The notes: generated from the sequence alone by a model not told the origin. Shown: positions 9,447-17,784, numbered from the stretch's first letter. The stretch: DNA of 32,000 nt from Synechococcus elongatus PCC 6301 (GCF_000010065.1 NC_006576.1:1890001-1922000), one strand, 5' to 3'. Numbers and translations: made by a program.

Positions 9447-10640
9447 CTAAACCCGACCTCGCAGCATCTGAGACATTTCATTGGGCTTGCCAGATTGCGC
9501 CAGTGCAGTCTCCTCACTAATTTTGCCTTCGTTAAAGAGACGGAATAGGGACTGATTGCTGGTGCACATGCCGTCAAAGGTACATTTAGGAATTAGTTGC
9601 TCAACTTCCTCAAGTTCGCCGCGAATAATGTAGTCCTTGATCGCGTCAGTGTTAATCAAAATTTCGTGATAGGCAGTCCGCTTGCCGTGAATCGTGCGGC
9701 AGAGACCTTGCGCAATCACAGACACGAGCGACTCGGCCAAGGCAACTCGAACAGGCGGTTGTTCAGCGGGTTCAAACATATTGAGTACCCGCTCAATTGT
9801 TTTGACAGCGCTGTTAGTGTGCAGAGTAGCCATCACGAGGTGGCCGGTTTGTGCAGCTTTGAGAGCGGTATTGATCGTTTCGCGATCGCGCAGCTCACCC
9901 ACCAAGATAATGTCAGGATCCTCACGCAAAGAGGCCCGTAGTGCTGCTTCAAATTGACGGGTATGAACGCCGACTTCCCGCTGCTTAATGAGCGATCGCT
10001 GACTTTGGTGAACAAATTCAATCGGGTCTTCGATGGTGATGATATTCTTCGCCATTTCCTGATTGATGAAATCAATCATGGCGGCCAGCGTGGTCGACTT
10101 GCCTGACCCTGTGGGGCCGGTGACCAGTACCAGTCCTTTGGGGTAGTAGCAGATGTCGCGGAAAACCGGCGGTAGGCTCAGCTCATCGAGGCTGAGAATG
10201 CGCAGCGGAATTAACCGCATCACCATCGAGGGACCTCGCAGCGACCCAAAGATGTTGATCCGTACCCGCGCAAAGTCGTACTGAGTTGCGCCGTCGAAGT
10301 CCAATCCCTGCTCAAATTCACGCACTTGCGCTTCGGTCAAAACCTCGCGCAGCCAGGCGTTAAAGGTAGCTGTGTCGGTGACTGGATAGGTTGTTTGCAC
10401 AATTTCACCGCGATCGCGAAAACGCGGCACTTCCCCCACGCCAAGGTGGACATCCGAGTAATCGTGCTCGTAGGCCTGCCGCACAATTTCGGCAAGGGTT
10501 GGCTGATTGGCCGATCGTTGGGGCACGGCTGCTGGGGTTGCCGGGGAAGCGCTGACCTGGGTGACGGGCATCGCAGACAGTCCACCTGCACCAAAGGGAG
10601 GGGGAGGCGGTGGGAGTGGCAGGCGCGAGGTATCAGTCAT
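9447..10640 (-). CDS. pilT: Type IV pilus PilT-family (retraction-type) ATPase
   Basis: Walker A GPTGSGKSTTLAAMIDFIN, Asp box IITIEDPIEFVH, Walker B DPDIILVGELRD, His box TGHLVMATLHTNSA. Unusual Pro-rich N-terminus. Paralogue identity (pilT1 or pilT2) not resolved. Confidence 0.88.
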   Translation of the reverse strand: MTDTSRLPLPPPPPPFGAGGLSAMPVTQVSASPATPAAVPQRSANQPTLAEIVRQAYEHDYSDVHLGVGEVPRFRDRGEIVQTTYPVTDTATFNAWLREVLTEAQVREFEQGLDFDGATQYDFARVRINIFGSLRGPSMVMRLIPLRILSLDELSLPPVFRDICYYPKGLVLVTGPTGSGKSTTLAAMIDFINQEMAKNIITIEDPIEFVHQSQRSLIKQREVGVHTRQFEAALRASLREDPDIILVGELRDRETINTALKAAQTGHLVMATLHTNSAVKTIERVLNMFEPAEQPPVRVALAESLVSVIAQGLCRTIHGKRTAYHEILINTDAIKDYIIRGELEEVEQLIPKCTFDGMCTSNQSLFRLFNEGKISEETALAQSGKPNEMSQMLRGRV

Positions 10641-10714
10641 GCAGAAGAACCCGAAAGCCGGATAAAAGCAATCTATATCCAGCTTGCCCCAGTTAAATGC
10701 GACAGCTGACAGCT

Positions 10715-11794
10715 TCAGGGCAGCTTAGCGTCGGGCAGAATCAGCATGGCATCGCCAAAAGAATAGAAGCGATACTGTTCAGCGATCGCCGTTGCGTAGG
10801 CTGACAAGAGACGATCACGCCCGATCAAGGCACTAACCAACATCATCAGGCTCGAACGTGGCAGGTGGAAGTTCGTGATCAAGCCGTCGATGATCTGCCA
10901 GCGATAGCCCGGATAAATGAACAAGTTGACGCGATCGCTCCCTGGTTTGAGTTCACCCGAAGCAGCGGCTCCTTCAATCGCTCGCACGCTGGTGGTACCA
11001 ACTGCGATCACCCGGCCACCGGCCGCTTTGGTCGCCTGAATTTTCTCAACCGTAGCGGCTGGAACCATCATCCGCTCGCTATGCATCTCGTGCTGACGAA
11101 TGTCCTCCACATCGACTGAGCGAAAGGTCCCAATACCGACGTGCAGGGTCACGGGAGCCGTGGCGATCCCCATGTCTGCCAAGGTTGTCAGCAACTCAGG
11201 CGTAAAGTGGAGGCCTGCAGTCGGTGCGGCTACTGCTCCGAGTTCGCGACTGTAGACCGTTTGATAGCGTTCAGGATCGCTGGCGGTGGTGTGGATATAG
11301 GGCGGTAGTGGCATTTCCCCGAGGGTTGCCAGCTGAGACCAAAATGCTTCGGCTTCGCCCCGAAAACGTAACCAACGCCCGCCCGTGGCCGGATCGCTCG
11401 CTTCCACGTCAGCAACCAGGAGAGGATCCTCAGGATTCGGCCCAAAGGCGATCGCTGATCCGGGTTTGAGACGTTTGCCCGGCTTGACGAGGGTGAGCCA
11501 ATAGCCGGGTCCGTGTTCCTCGACTAGCAGCACTTCAACGGGCACGCCGGTCTCGATTTTTTGGCCGTAGAGTCGAGCAGGGATAACCCGCGTGTCATTG
11601 ACGATCAACAAGTCTCCCGGGCGCAGAAGTTGCGGCAGATCGTAAAAATGCCGATGCCATAGTTGCTCGCGATCGGGAAAGACCGATAGGCGGGCATGGT
11701 CCCGAGGCTCCACGGCACTCTGGGCAATCCGGTCCGGTGGTAGCTCGTAGTCGTAGGCATCTAGATGCCAATCGGAGGGAGAAGGCTCGTTCAC
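10715..11794 (-). CDS. queA: S-adenosylmethionine:tRNA ribosyltransferase-isomerase QueA
   Basis: YELPPDRIAQSAVEPRDHARL, LVVNDTRVIPARLYG, GEMPLPPYI, TAGLHFTPELL, TTSVRAIE, NFHLPRSSLMMLVSAL. Confidence 0.95.
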   Translation of the reverse strand: MNEPSPSDWHLDAYDYELPPDRIAQSAVEPRDHARLSVFPDREQLWHRHFYDLPQLLRPGDLLIVNDTRVIPARLYGQKIETGVPVEVLLVEEHGPGYWLTLVKPGKRLKPGSAIAFGPNPEDPLLVADVEASDPATGGRWLRFRGEAEAFWSQLATLGEMPLPPYIHTTASDPERYQTVYSRELGAVAAPTAGLHFTPELLTTLADMGIATAPVTLHVGIGTFRSVDVEDIRQHEMHSERMMVPAATVEKIQATKAAGGRVIAVGTTSVRAIEGAAASGELKPGSDRVNLFIYPGYRWQIIDGLITNFHLPRSSLMMLVSALIGRDRLLSAYATAIAEQYRFYSFGDAMLILPDAKLP

Positions 11795-11932
11795 AGACAG
11801 CAGCTCGAAGGGGTGACGTTAAGACAGCGAATCCAAGCAATGAGCGATTGCAATCGCGATCCCGTGTCTCAGATAACAGATCTGAGTGGTGCGCTCGTTA
11901 CAATCGTGCCATCGCTGCTGGCCTGCGTTGGT

Positions 11933-12889
11933 ATGGTGTTTGCTTCTAACTTGACCGATGTGACCGCCGAGGCCCTGCTCTACGACTACCGTGAAGCGGC
12001 CAATCCCCTGGGGCAGCGCCTGATTGCGCGGGTTCCCTATCAAGACTGGGGTGCAGAGCTGCACCAAACTCCAGAGACGGCAATCATTCCGCTCGACCTT
12101 AGCGAAGCCTTGGGTTGCGAAGGGCCAGCAACCTCGCCCTCCCTGCTGGCGAACTTCGTCCATATCTTGCCGAATCAGGCGATTGAAACCACCGCGATCG
12201 CCACCAGCCAGATCTTTTATGTGTTGCGCGGACAAGGCGTGACCCGCGTTGCCGATCAGGAAATTGCTTGGACGGAAGGCTGCTGCTTAGCGTTGCCCGC
12301 CGATGCGATCGCCACCCACTACGCCCAGACAGACAGTGCCTTTTACTGGGTGCATGATGCGCCGCTCCTGCGCTACCTCGGTGTCAAGCCCGATCGCGCC
12401 CGCTTCCAACCCACCCTCTACCGCCGTCAAGATCTTGAGGCAACTCTGGCGGCGATCGCAGCCGATCCCCAATCCAGAAAGGCGAATCGCCTCAGTGTGT
12501 TGCTGGCCAACCAAAACTTTCCCCAGACGCGAACGATCACCCACACAATTTGGGCAATGTTTGGGTTGCTGCCACCCGATGTGGTGCAAGCCCCCCACCG
12601 CCATCAATCCGTGGCGCTGGACTTGATTCTGGATTGTCAGCCCGGTTGCTACACCCTGGTGGGAACCCAGCTAGATGAGCGTGGGCAAATTCGCAATCCG
12701 GTGCGGGTCGATTGGCGACCTTACTCCGTGTTTGTGACTCCGCCGGGCTACTGGCATGCCCACTACAACGAGTCAGGGCAGGAGGCTCATCTGCTGCCGA
12801 TTCAAGATGCGGGCCTGCACACCTATCTGCGGACCCTTGACATTTTGTTTGCCCGTCACAACGGCCAGATCTCGGACGAGGCGGCTTAG
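11933..12889 (+). CDS. Bicupin-type protein (two cupin segments), dioxygenase-like, function unknown
   Basis: Start MVFASNLTDVT. Two cupin-like segments (TSQIFYVLRGQGVTRVADQEIAWTEGCCLALPA and APHRHQSVALDLILD...YSVFVTPPGYWHAHYNESG). Confidence 0.7.
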   Translation: MVFASNLTDVTAEALLYDYREAANPLGQRLIARVPYQDWGAELHQTPETAIIPLDLSEALGCEGPATSPSLLANFVHILPNQAIETTAIATSQIFYVLRGQGVTRVADQEIAWTEGCCLALPADAIATHYAQTDSAFYWVHDAPLLRYLGVKPDRARFQPTLYRRQDLEATLAAIAADPQSRKANRLSVLLANQNFPQTRTITHTIWAMFGLLPPDVVQAPHRHQSVALDLILDCQPGCYTLVGTQLDERGQIRNPVRVDWRPYSVFVTPPGYWHAHYNESGQEAHLLPIQDAGLHTYLRTLDILFARHNGQISDEAA

Positions 12890-13686
12890 GCTAGCAGTGC
12901 TTGAATGTGATCGCTGGTCAGGGCTTCCACACCCTCGATAACGCAGTCTGCGCCCGCTTCTGTCAGCTGTTGGGCATAGCGATCGCGATCGCTGGCAGTC
13001 TCTAGATGCGGGGGCAAAACACCGACGGCATACCAAGGGCGATCGCTTGCTTCGTAGCGGGCACGCCGCACCGTCAAAATATCAGCGACCGTGTCGCCGG
13101 CGTAGATGGCAGGCAGGTGGGGATTGGTTGCGAGCTGCTGGGCGGCTGTGATCAAGCCGGTCGGGTTGGGTTTATCCGGTGCATCGCCCATGGCAATCAG
13201 CACGGTGGGTGTAATGCCCAGGCGTTGTTCCAGTACAAAGCGGGCGGAAGCGGGGGTTGCTCCACTGAAAAAGCCCCAAGCAATTCCAGCGCGACTCAAG
13301 GACTGCAGATAATCAGCAGACATCAGCAAGGGTTCATCGCAGATGTAGCCATCCCATGCGGCTGGCCTATCTGGCTGCTTGCCTCGGTAGCGCACTTGAA
13401 AAAAGGCGACGATCGTCTCGTAGTCCAAGGCGAGGGTGTTGCGATCGCGTCCCTGACTTTCGTAGTAGCGATAGATCAATTCCTCGGAGGCTTTCCAGTC
13501 GTTGTTCCAACTGCCTTCGCCCTTGAGGCGATCGATATCCGCTGGAGTAGGGCGGTACCCTCCATCCGTGAAATGCTCGACCGTGTCGGCCAACGCCCGC
13601 CGATAGGAACGGCTGACATCGCGCACGACGCCGTCAATATCAAACACCGCGATCGCCCAAGGCTGTGTCACAGTACTGCTCTCCAT
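12886..13686 (-). CDS. HAD-superfamily hydrolase (subfamily IA-like)
   Basis: Motif I AVFDIDGVVRDVSRSYRRAL, motif II region GFFSGATPASARF, motif III/IV MGDAPDKPNPTGL and AIYAGDTVADILT. Confidence 0.85.
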   Translation of the reverse strand: MESSTVTQPWAIAVFDIDGVVRDVSRSYRRALADTVEHFTDGGYRPTPADIDRLKGEGSWNNDWKASEELIYRYYESQGRDRNTLALDYETIVAFFQVRYRGKQPDRPAAWDGYICDEPLLMSADYLQSLSRAGIAWGFFSGATPASARFVLEQRLGITPTVLIAMGDAPDKPNPTGLITAAQQLATNPHLPAIYAGDTVADILTVRRARYEASDRPWYAVGVLPPHLETASDRDRYAQQLTEAGADCVIEGVEALTSDHIQALLA

Positions 13687-13734
13687 CCGTTTCTCTATGG
13701 TGCGCGATCGCGTGGTGGACTCTTGTCACTGACC

Positions 13735-13762
13735 TGGACAGCCGCGCTCTTTTTGATAGGAT
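13735..13762 (+). promoter_or_regulatory. Predicted sigma70/SigA-type promoter for the structured RNA at ~13769
   Basis: TGGACA (13735-13740), 16-nt spacer, TAGGAT (13757-13762), placing the start at ~13769, immediately before the outer helix of the RNA. Confidence 0.55.
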
Positions 13763-13768
13763 AAAAGA

Positions 13769-13955
13769 CGGCCCATTGGCTCTTAGGTGTCAAAGTGAGC
13801 CGATCTGGGGAATGCCCAGTCACCTTGTGAGTTCAGTCTCGGGTTTATTGCCGGTCAGCACGTCTGCTCAGCAATACCCCATCGCTGCCAACGGTGAACA
13901 ACAAGGATTCCCGATCCTTGCCTGGCGATCCATTCCCTGGCCCATGGGCAACGGG
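13769..13955 (+). ncRNA. ssaA: Structured small RNA, probable 6S RNA (ssaA/ssrS-type)
   Basis: Rod-like nested pairing: 13771-13781/13939-13949 (10 bp plus one mismatch), GGGGAATG 13807-13814/CATTCCCT 13931-13938, TCACC 13820-13824/GGTGA 13893-13897, GGGT(tt)ATTGC 13841-13851/GCAATACCC 13871-13879, apical AGCA/TGCT, plus a 3'-arm hairpin CAAGGAT-tcccg-ATCCTTG (13902-13920). Length ~185 nt, promoter upstream. Ends are approximate. Confidence 0.62.
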
Positions 13956-14139
13956 TAGTTGTCAATCCCTGCTGTCGCCTCGCTTCAGGCAGAACTGAGT
14001 TCACTCCGTTGCTGCTGAACTGGCTCTAGTAGGACCCGACTCGGAAAACTCTGAGTCAATGCTGCACCCTGATCAGGATTGATCCGGTGCAAGCTCTAAG
14101 GTGATAGGTACGTCAGCCAAGCATGGCTGGGAGGTCGGA

Positions 14140-14439
14140 TTGTCCAGGTTTACGATCAAAATTCTTTGGCTGAACGAAAACGTTGCGATCGCAGTTGATC
14201 AAGTCGTTGGTAAAGCAACCAGCCCGTTGACGGCCTACTATTTTTGGCCGCGCCATGATGCTTGGGAACAGCTGAAAACCGAGCTCGAAAGCAAGAGCTG
14301 GATCACGGAAGCAGAACGGGTTGAACTGCTCAACCAAGCAACCGAAGTGATCAACTACTGGCAAGAAGAAGGGAAAGGCAAGCCGTTGGCTCAAGCTCAG
14401 GCACGCTTCCCAGAACTCGTCTTCACCGGCAGCAATTAG
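14140..14439 (+). CDS. PSRP-3/Ycf65 family 30S ribosomal protein
   Basis: [86 protein letters not shown] at 14140 gives the family-like start (M)[12 protein letters not shown] at 14101 is the alternative. Confidence 0.88.
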   Translation: MSRFTIKILWLNENVAIAVDQVVGKATSPLTAYYFWPRHDAWEQLKTELESKSWITEAERVELLNQATEVINYWQEEGKGKPLAQAQARFPELVFTGSN

Positions 14440-14464
14440 TCAGCGCGCTCGCTGTAATGAATTG

Positions 14465-14499
14465 AAAGGGTCCTGGATCGCTGATTCAGGACCCTTTTT
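14465..14499 (+). terminator. Rho-independent-type terminator downstream of PSRP-3
   Basis: Perfect 11-bp arms AAAGGGTCCTG (14465-14475) / CAGGACCCTTT (14487-14497), followed by TT. Confidence 0.8.
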
Positions 14500-15529
14500 G
14501 CTGGAAGCGATCGCAGAGAAGATGATCTAGCCGCTGGATCTCTGGCTTGAGAAATCCAGCGGTGGTTGCCATAGCCTCTAGCGGGCAGACCGTTGCGATC
14601 GCACGTTTCTTTTTCGTGGCTTTTGCTTTGCGCAGGGCACCACGGAAAGGCGTGAGTCCGGCATTAGCCGCTTTGACCACAGCCGGATCGGTATCCCGGA
14701 GAGCTTGGCGCAGCAGGGGCAGAACCTTGGGCGATCGCCAGTCACTCAGGGATTCAACAACCGCGAGACGAACGGCTGCACTGGGATCCCGCCCCAATTC
14801 AGTTAGGACCCGCAGAATGGGTGCAGTCTGTTGAGGCGAACTGCTGCTGGCGATCGTTCCGAGCGCAAGAGCCGTATTAGCGCGGGTTTGTTCATCGCGA
14901 TCGCGGGCTTGTTGGAGGATGTCCTCCAGAGCGACGCCAGTCGTGCTGGGTAAGATGGTGCTTCCCAAGTCCAGGGGAAGTGCAACGGCGGCAGGGGGCT
15001 CCGCAATCGCGGCGGTTCCGGGGGGCTCAATCTCAGCCGACTGGTGCTGGACTGGCACTTCCGGCTGCAGTGCTTGTGTCAAGCGTTGCTCAAGATTGTG
15101 GGTGCATTGCTGCAGGGCAAGAATTTGCTCGCGCTGTTGGCTGATCTGCGTCTCAAGGCTGTGAGCGGTGGCGCTATGGCGGGCGAGTTCCGCTTGGCGA
15201 TCGCTCTCCACTGTGGCCAAGCTAGTCTGCAGGCTGCTGATCTGAGCTTCCAGCTCCCGCTTTTGGGCTTCAAGGCTGCCAAGATTCGAGTGAGCGGTGG
15301 CGAGCGTGGCTTGTAGGCTACTGATTTGTGCTTCTAGGGAGCTGACCGCAGCGTGATGACGCCGGCCTTGATCGTTCAGTTCATCAGTGAGTCGCTGATC
15401 TTGGCGTTGCAGATCTTGCGTGAGGCGTTGCTTGCTCTGTTCAGCTTGCTGGAGCCGAGGCCAGAGAATTGCCGTAGCTCCGCCAGCACCAACGACTAGC
15501 CCAACAACAACACCTGCGATCGCACTCAT
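14486..15529 (-). CDS. Membrane-anchored coiled-coil protein with C-terminal HEAT-like repeats
   Basis: N-terminal hydrophobic MSAIAGVVVGLVVGAGGATAILW, long Gln/Glu-rich coiled coil (LEAQISSLQATL... repeats), then HEAT-like LTELGRDPSAAVRLAVVESLSDWRSPKVLPLLRQALRDTDPAVVKAA. Confidence 0.7.
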   Translation of the reverse strand: MSAIAGVVVGLVVGAGGATAILWPRLQQAEQSKQRLTQDLQRQDQRLTDELNDQGRRHHAAVSSLEAQISSLQATLATAHSNLGSLEAQKRELEAQISSLQTSLATVESDRQAELARHSATAHSLETQISQQREQILALQQCTHNLEQRLTQALQPEVPVQHQSAEIEPPGTAAIAEPPAAVALPLDLGSTILPSTTGVALEDILQQARDRDEQTRANTALALGTIASSSSPQQTAPILRVLTELGRDPSAAVRLAVVESLSDWRSPKVLPLLRQALRDTDPAVVKAANAGLTPFRGALRKAKATKKKRAIATVCPLEAMATTAGFLKPEIQRLDHLLCDRFQQKGS

Positions 15530-15888
15530 CAGCGCAGCCTCTTCTCTGACATCTAAGGATCTGACCCAATTATGCGACTTGGTCGATTGCGGACAAAAGA
15601 CTGTAGTGCTTAGGGGGTCTCCGCTGGTGCTATGGCATGCCCCGGCGATCGCACAAACTGGGTTCTACAAGGCGGTTTGCTGAGCCCAATTCCAGCGACT
15701 CAACGAGATGCAAAACAGTCCTGATCCTGTAGACAAGGCATAAATTTTTGCAACAAGATCAGCCCTCAATCGGGGGGATTCAATGAACTTTTATAACGGC
15801 AGTCCAAGTGGCTGCGATCGCGTAGCAGCAGCACTTCTACAATACTTGCGGCTCTTTCTGCCTGATTGGTTCTCTACAGGAGATTGCA

Positions 15889-16005
15889 ATGTCTGGTGAC
15901 TTTGCTGCTGCCTTCTTGCCGACCATTTTTGTGCCGCTCGTGGGTTTGGGTTTACCTGCAGTCCTCATGAGCTTGCTCTTCACTTACATTGAGTCGGAAG
16001 CCTAG
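15889..16005 (+). CDS. psaI: Photosystem I reaction centre subunit VIII PsaI
   Basis: Manual translation MSGDFAAAFLPTIFVPLVGLGLPAVLMSLLFTYIESEA* (38 aa), preceded by AGGAG. Below the ORF-track size cutoff. Confidence 0.93.
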   Translation: MSGDFAAAFLPTIFVPLVGLGLPAVLMSLLFTYIESEA

Positions 16006-16050
16006 AGGCTCTGGCTATCACTGCACTATTGTCCTATTCGGAGTTCTGCA

Positions 16051-16550
16051 ATGGCCCAAGACGTGATTGCAAATGGTGGCACGCCTGAGATTGGCGACCT
16101 AGCGACGCCGACCAACTCTTCCCCGTTTACCCGCACCTTTATCAACGCGCTGCCGATCTATCGTCGCGGCCTTAGCTCAACCGCCGCGGTCTGGAAATCG
16201 GTATGGCTCATGGCTTCTTGCTCTACGGGCCGCTCAGCATTTTGGGCCCTCTGCGCAATACCGAAACGGCAGGTTCTGCTGGCCTGTTGGCAACTGTTGG
16301 CTTGGTGGTGATTTTGACGGTGTGCCTGTCGCTCTACGGCAATGCCGGATCGGGCCCTTCAGCGGCTGAAAGCACCGTGACCACTCCGAATCCGCCCCAA
16401 GAACTGTTCACCAAAGAGGGCTGGAGCGAGTTCACCAGCGGTTTCATCCTCGGTGGCTTGGGCGGCGCTTTCTTCGCCTTCTACCTGGCTTCGACCCCCT
16501 ACGTGCAACCTCTGGTCAAAATCGCCGCTGGCGTTTGGTCGGTGCACTAA
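16051..16550 (+). pseudogene. psaL: Photosystem I subunit XI PsaL, interrupted by an apparent 1-nt deletion (frameshift)
   Basis: Frame from 16051: MAQDVIANGGTPEIGDLATPTNSSPFTRTFINALPIYRRGLSS. The homologous continuation NRRGLEIGMAHGFLLYGPLSILGPLRNTETAG...VWSVH is in another frame. Adding one A in TCAAC (16177-16181) restores a 166-aa PsaL. Confidence 0.88.
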
Positions 16551-16592
16551 GTCCGATCTGATTAATTCCACCTCGTTCCTTACAAGATGCAG

Positions 16593-16621
16593 CGAGTCCT
16601 CATTTGGGGGCTCGTTTTTTT
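16593..16621 (+). terminator. Rho-independent-type terminator downstream of psaL
   Basis: CGAGTCC (16593-16599) / GGGCTCG (16608-16614) with one wobble pair, then a run of 7 T. Confidence 0.8.
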
Positions 16622-16893
16622 GCGTTGCGATCGCAGTCGCTCTGGCTGGATGCTGGTGTGAGTCTTGCCAGAAAAATTGCCATTGACTGAGGATGATGAA
16701 GATCCAATGAGATCTCCCAATTTCTGGCAAAGAGAGGCAGGGTAGCCCCTCCATGACGATAGTTTTCAGAAAAATTGATTCCTGCAGCCGCGATCGCAGT
16801 GGGTAAAACTCGCCGGTTTTAACCCGGCTCGGAGGCTGCTCAGGTCAGGAAAAAGTCCTAATTATTTTGCTGATGATTGTAGAGGCGATCGCG

Positions 16894-17775
16894 CTAGAAG
16901 CTGCCTTGCCCCCAGAGACAGCGCACCCCGAGAGCTGCCACTCCGATCGTAATGGCCCAGCGATCGCGGCGCTGCAGTTGCAGATCGTGCCAAGGAACAC
17001 GGTGGCGACTCGGAGTTGTGAATCCGCGCACCTGCATGCTGGCCGCAATTTGCTCCGCCCGTAGCAAGAGATTTTGCAAAACCCGCTCAGCGACCAAAAG
17101 CCAGATCTGTAATCCGCGCCGCCACCCCAATTGCTTCCAATCGATTGCGCGAGTCGTGACCGATCGATAGAGACTTTGGATCTCTTCGAGCACCAATGGC
17201 AAGAAGCGAAGCCCGAGGGTCAGCGCCAGCGAAATTTCAGTGATGGGGAGACTCCAGCGTCGCAGCGGAGCTAGATAATCCTCGATCGCAGCAGTGATCT
17301 CTTCCGGTGTCGTTGTCAGTAGGTAGAGCGTGGTGCCGTAGAGCAGCGTGAAAATCAGGGTGCTGGTGCGGATTGCAAGGCTGAGTGATCGCTGCGTGAC
17401 CCGTAGATTGCCCCAGCTCCAGAGGTCGAAGCGGTAATCACTCGCTGGCGGTAGCGTCAGACCGGATTCAGGTCGATAGGACTGCTGAGTCAGGAGCTGG
17501 CCATCAGGCAGCACGGCTGTCAGGGCAAATAGCAGACCCGCCAGTATCAAGAGCCAGCCCATTTGCTGCCGCCAAACGCGCAGAGGAATACGAGCGCTGA
17601 AAGTCAGCAGCAACAGTGCCACTACCAAGCCAATCCGCCAGAGAGGACTCGCCAAAATTGGGCTGAGCAAGAACAGCATCAGCCAACCCAACTTCACTCG
17701 GGGATCGAGGCGATGCAGCCAAGTCACCGGCTGCTCGAGATATAACCCCAACGGCAGCGATCGCAGTAAATCCAT
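16894..17775 (-). CDS. Energy-coupling factor transporter transmembrane protein (EcfT/CbiQ family)
   Basis: HRLDPRVKLGWLMLFLLSPI, TSTLIFTLLYGTTLYLLTTTPEEITAAIEDYLAPLRRW, LALTLGLRFLPLVLEEIQSLYRSVTTRAID, LLLRAEQIAASMQVRGF (EcfT signature A.xxRG-like). Confidence 0.85.
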   Translation of the reverse strand: MDLLRSLPLGLYLEQPVTWLHRLDPRVKLGWLMLFLLSPILASPLWRIGLVVALLLLTFSARIPLRVWRQQMGWLLILAGLLFALTAVLPDGQLLTQQSYRPESGLTLPPASDYRFDLWSWGNLRVTQRSLSLAIRTSTLIFTLLYGTTLYLLTTTPEEITAAIEDYLAPLRRWSLPITEISLALTLGLRFLPLVLEEIQSLYRSVTTRAIDWKQLGWRRGLQIWLLVAERVLQNLLLRAEQIAASMQVRGFTTPSRHRVPWHDLQLQRRDRWAITIGVAALGVRCLWGQGSF

Positions 17776-17784
17776 TGCAGCAGT

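Noticed and set aside
13665-13958. 97-aa plus-strand ORF (MSQYCSPSVSLWCAIAWW...)
   Set aside because: Spans the 5' end of the convergent/divergent HAD region, a promoter and the structured RNA; composition is not protein-like and the RNA fold explains the sequence better.
16171-16203. Programmed ribosomal frameshift in psaL
   Set aside because: The junction (CTT AGC TCA ACC GCC) has no recognisable slippery heptamer or Shine-Dalgarno-like stimulator, and I know of no precedent in PsaL.
16203-16550. Reading 16203-16550 as an independent complete gene
   Set aside because: It lacks the conserved PsaL N-terminal region, which is present immediately upstream in another frame; this is one interrupted gene, not a new one.
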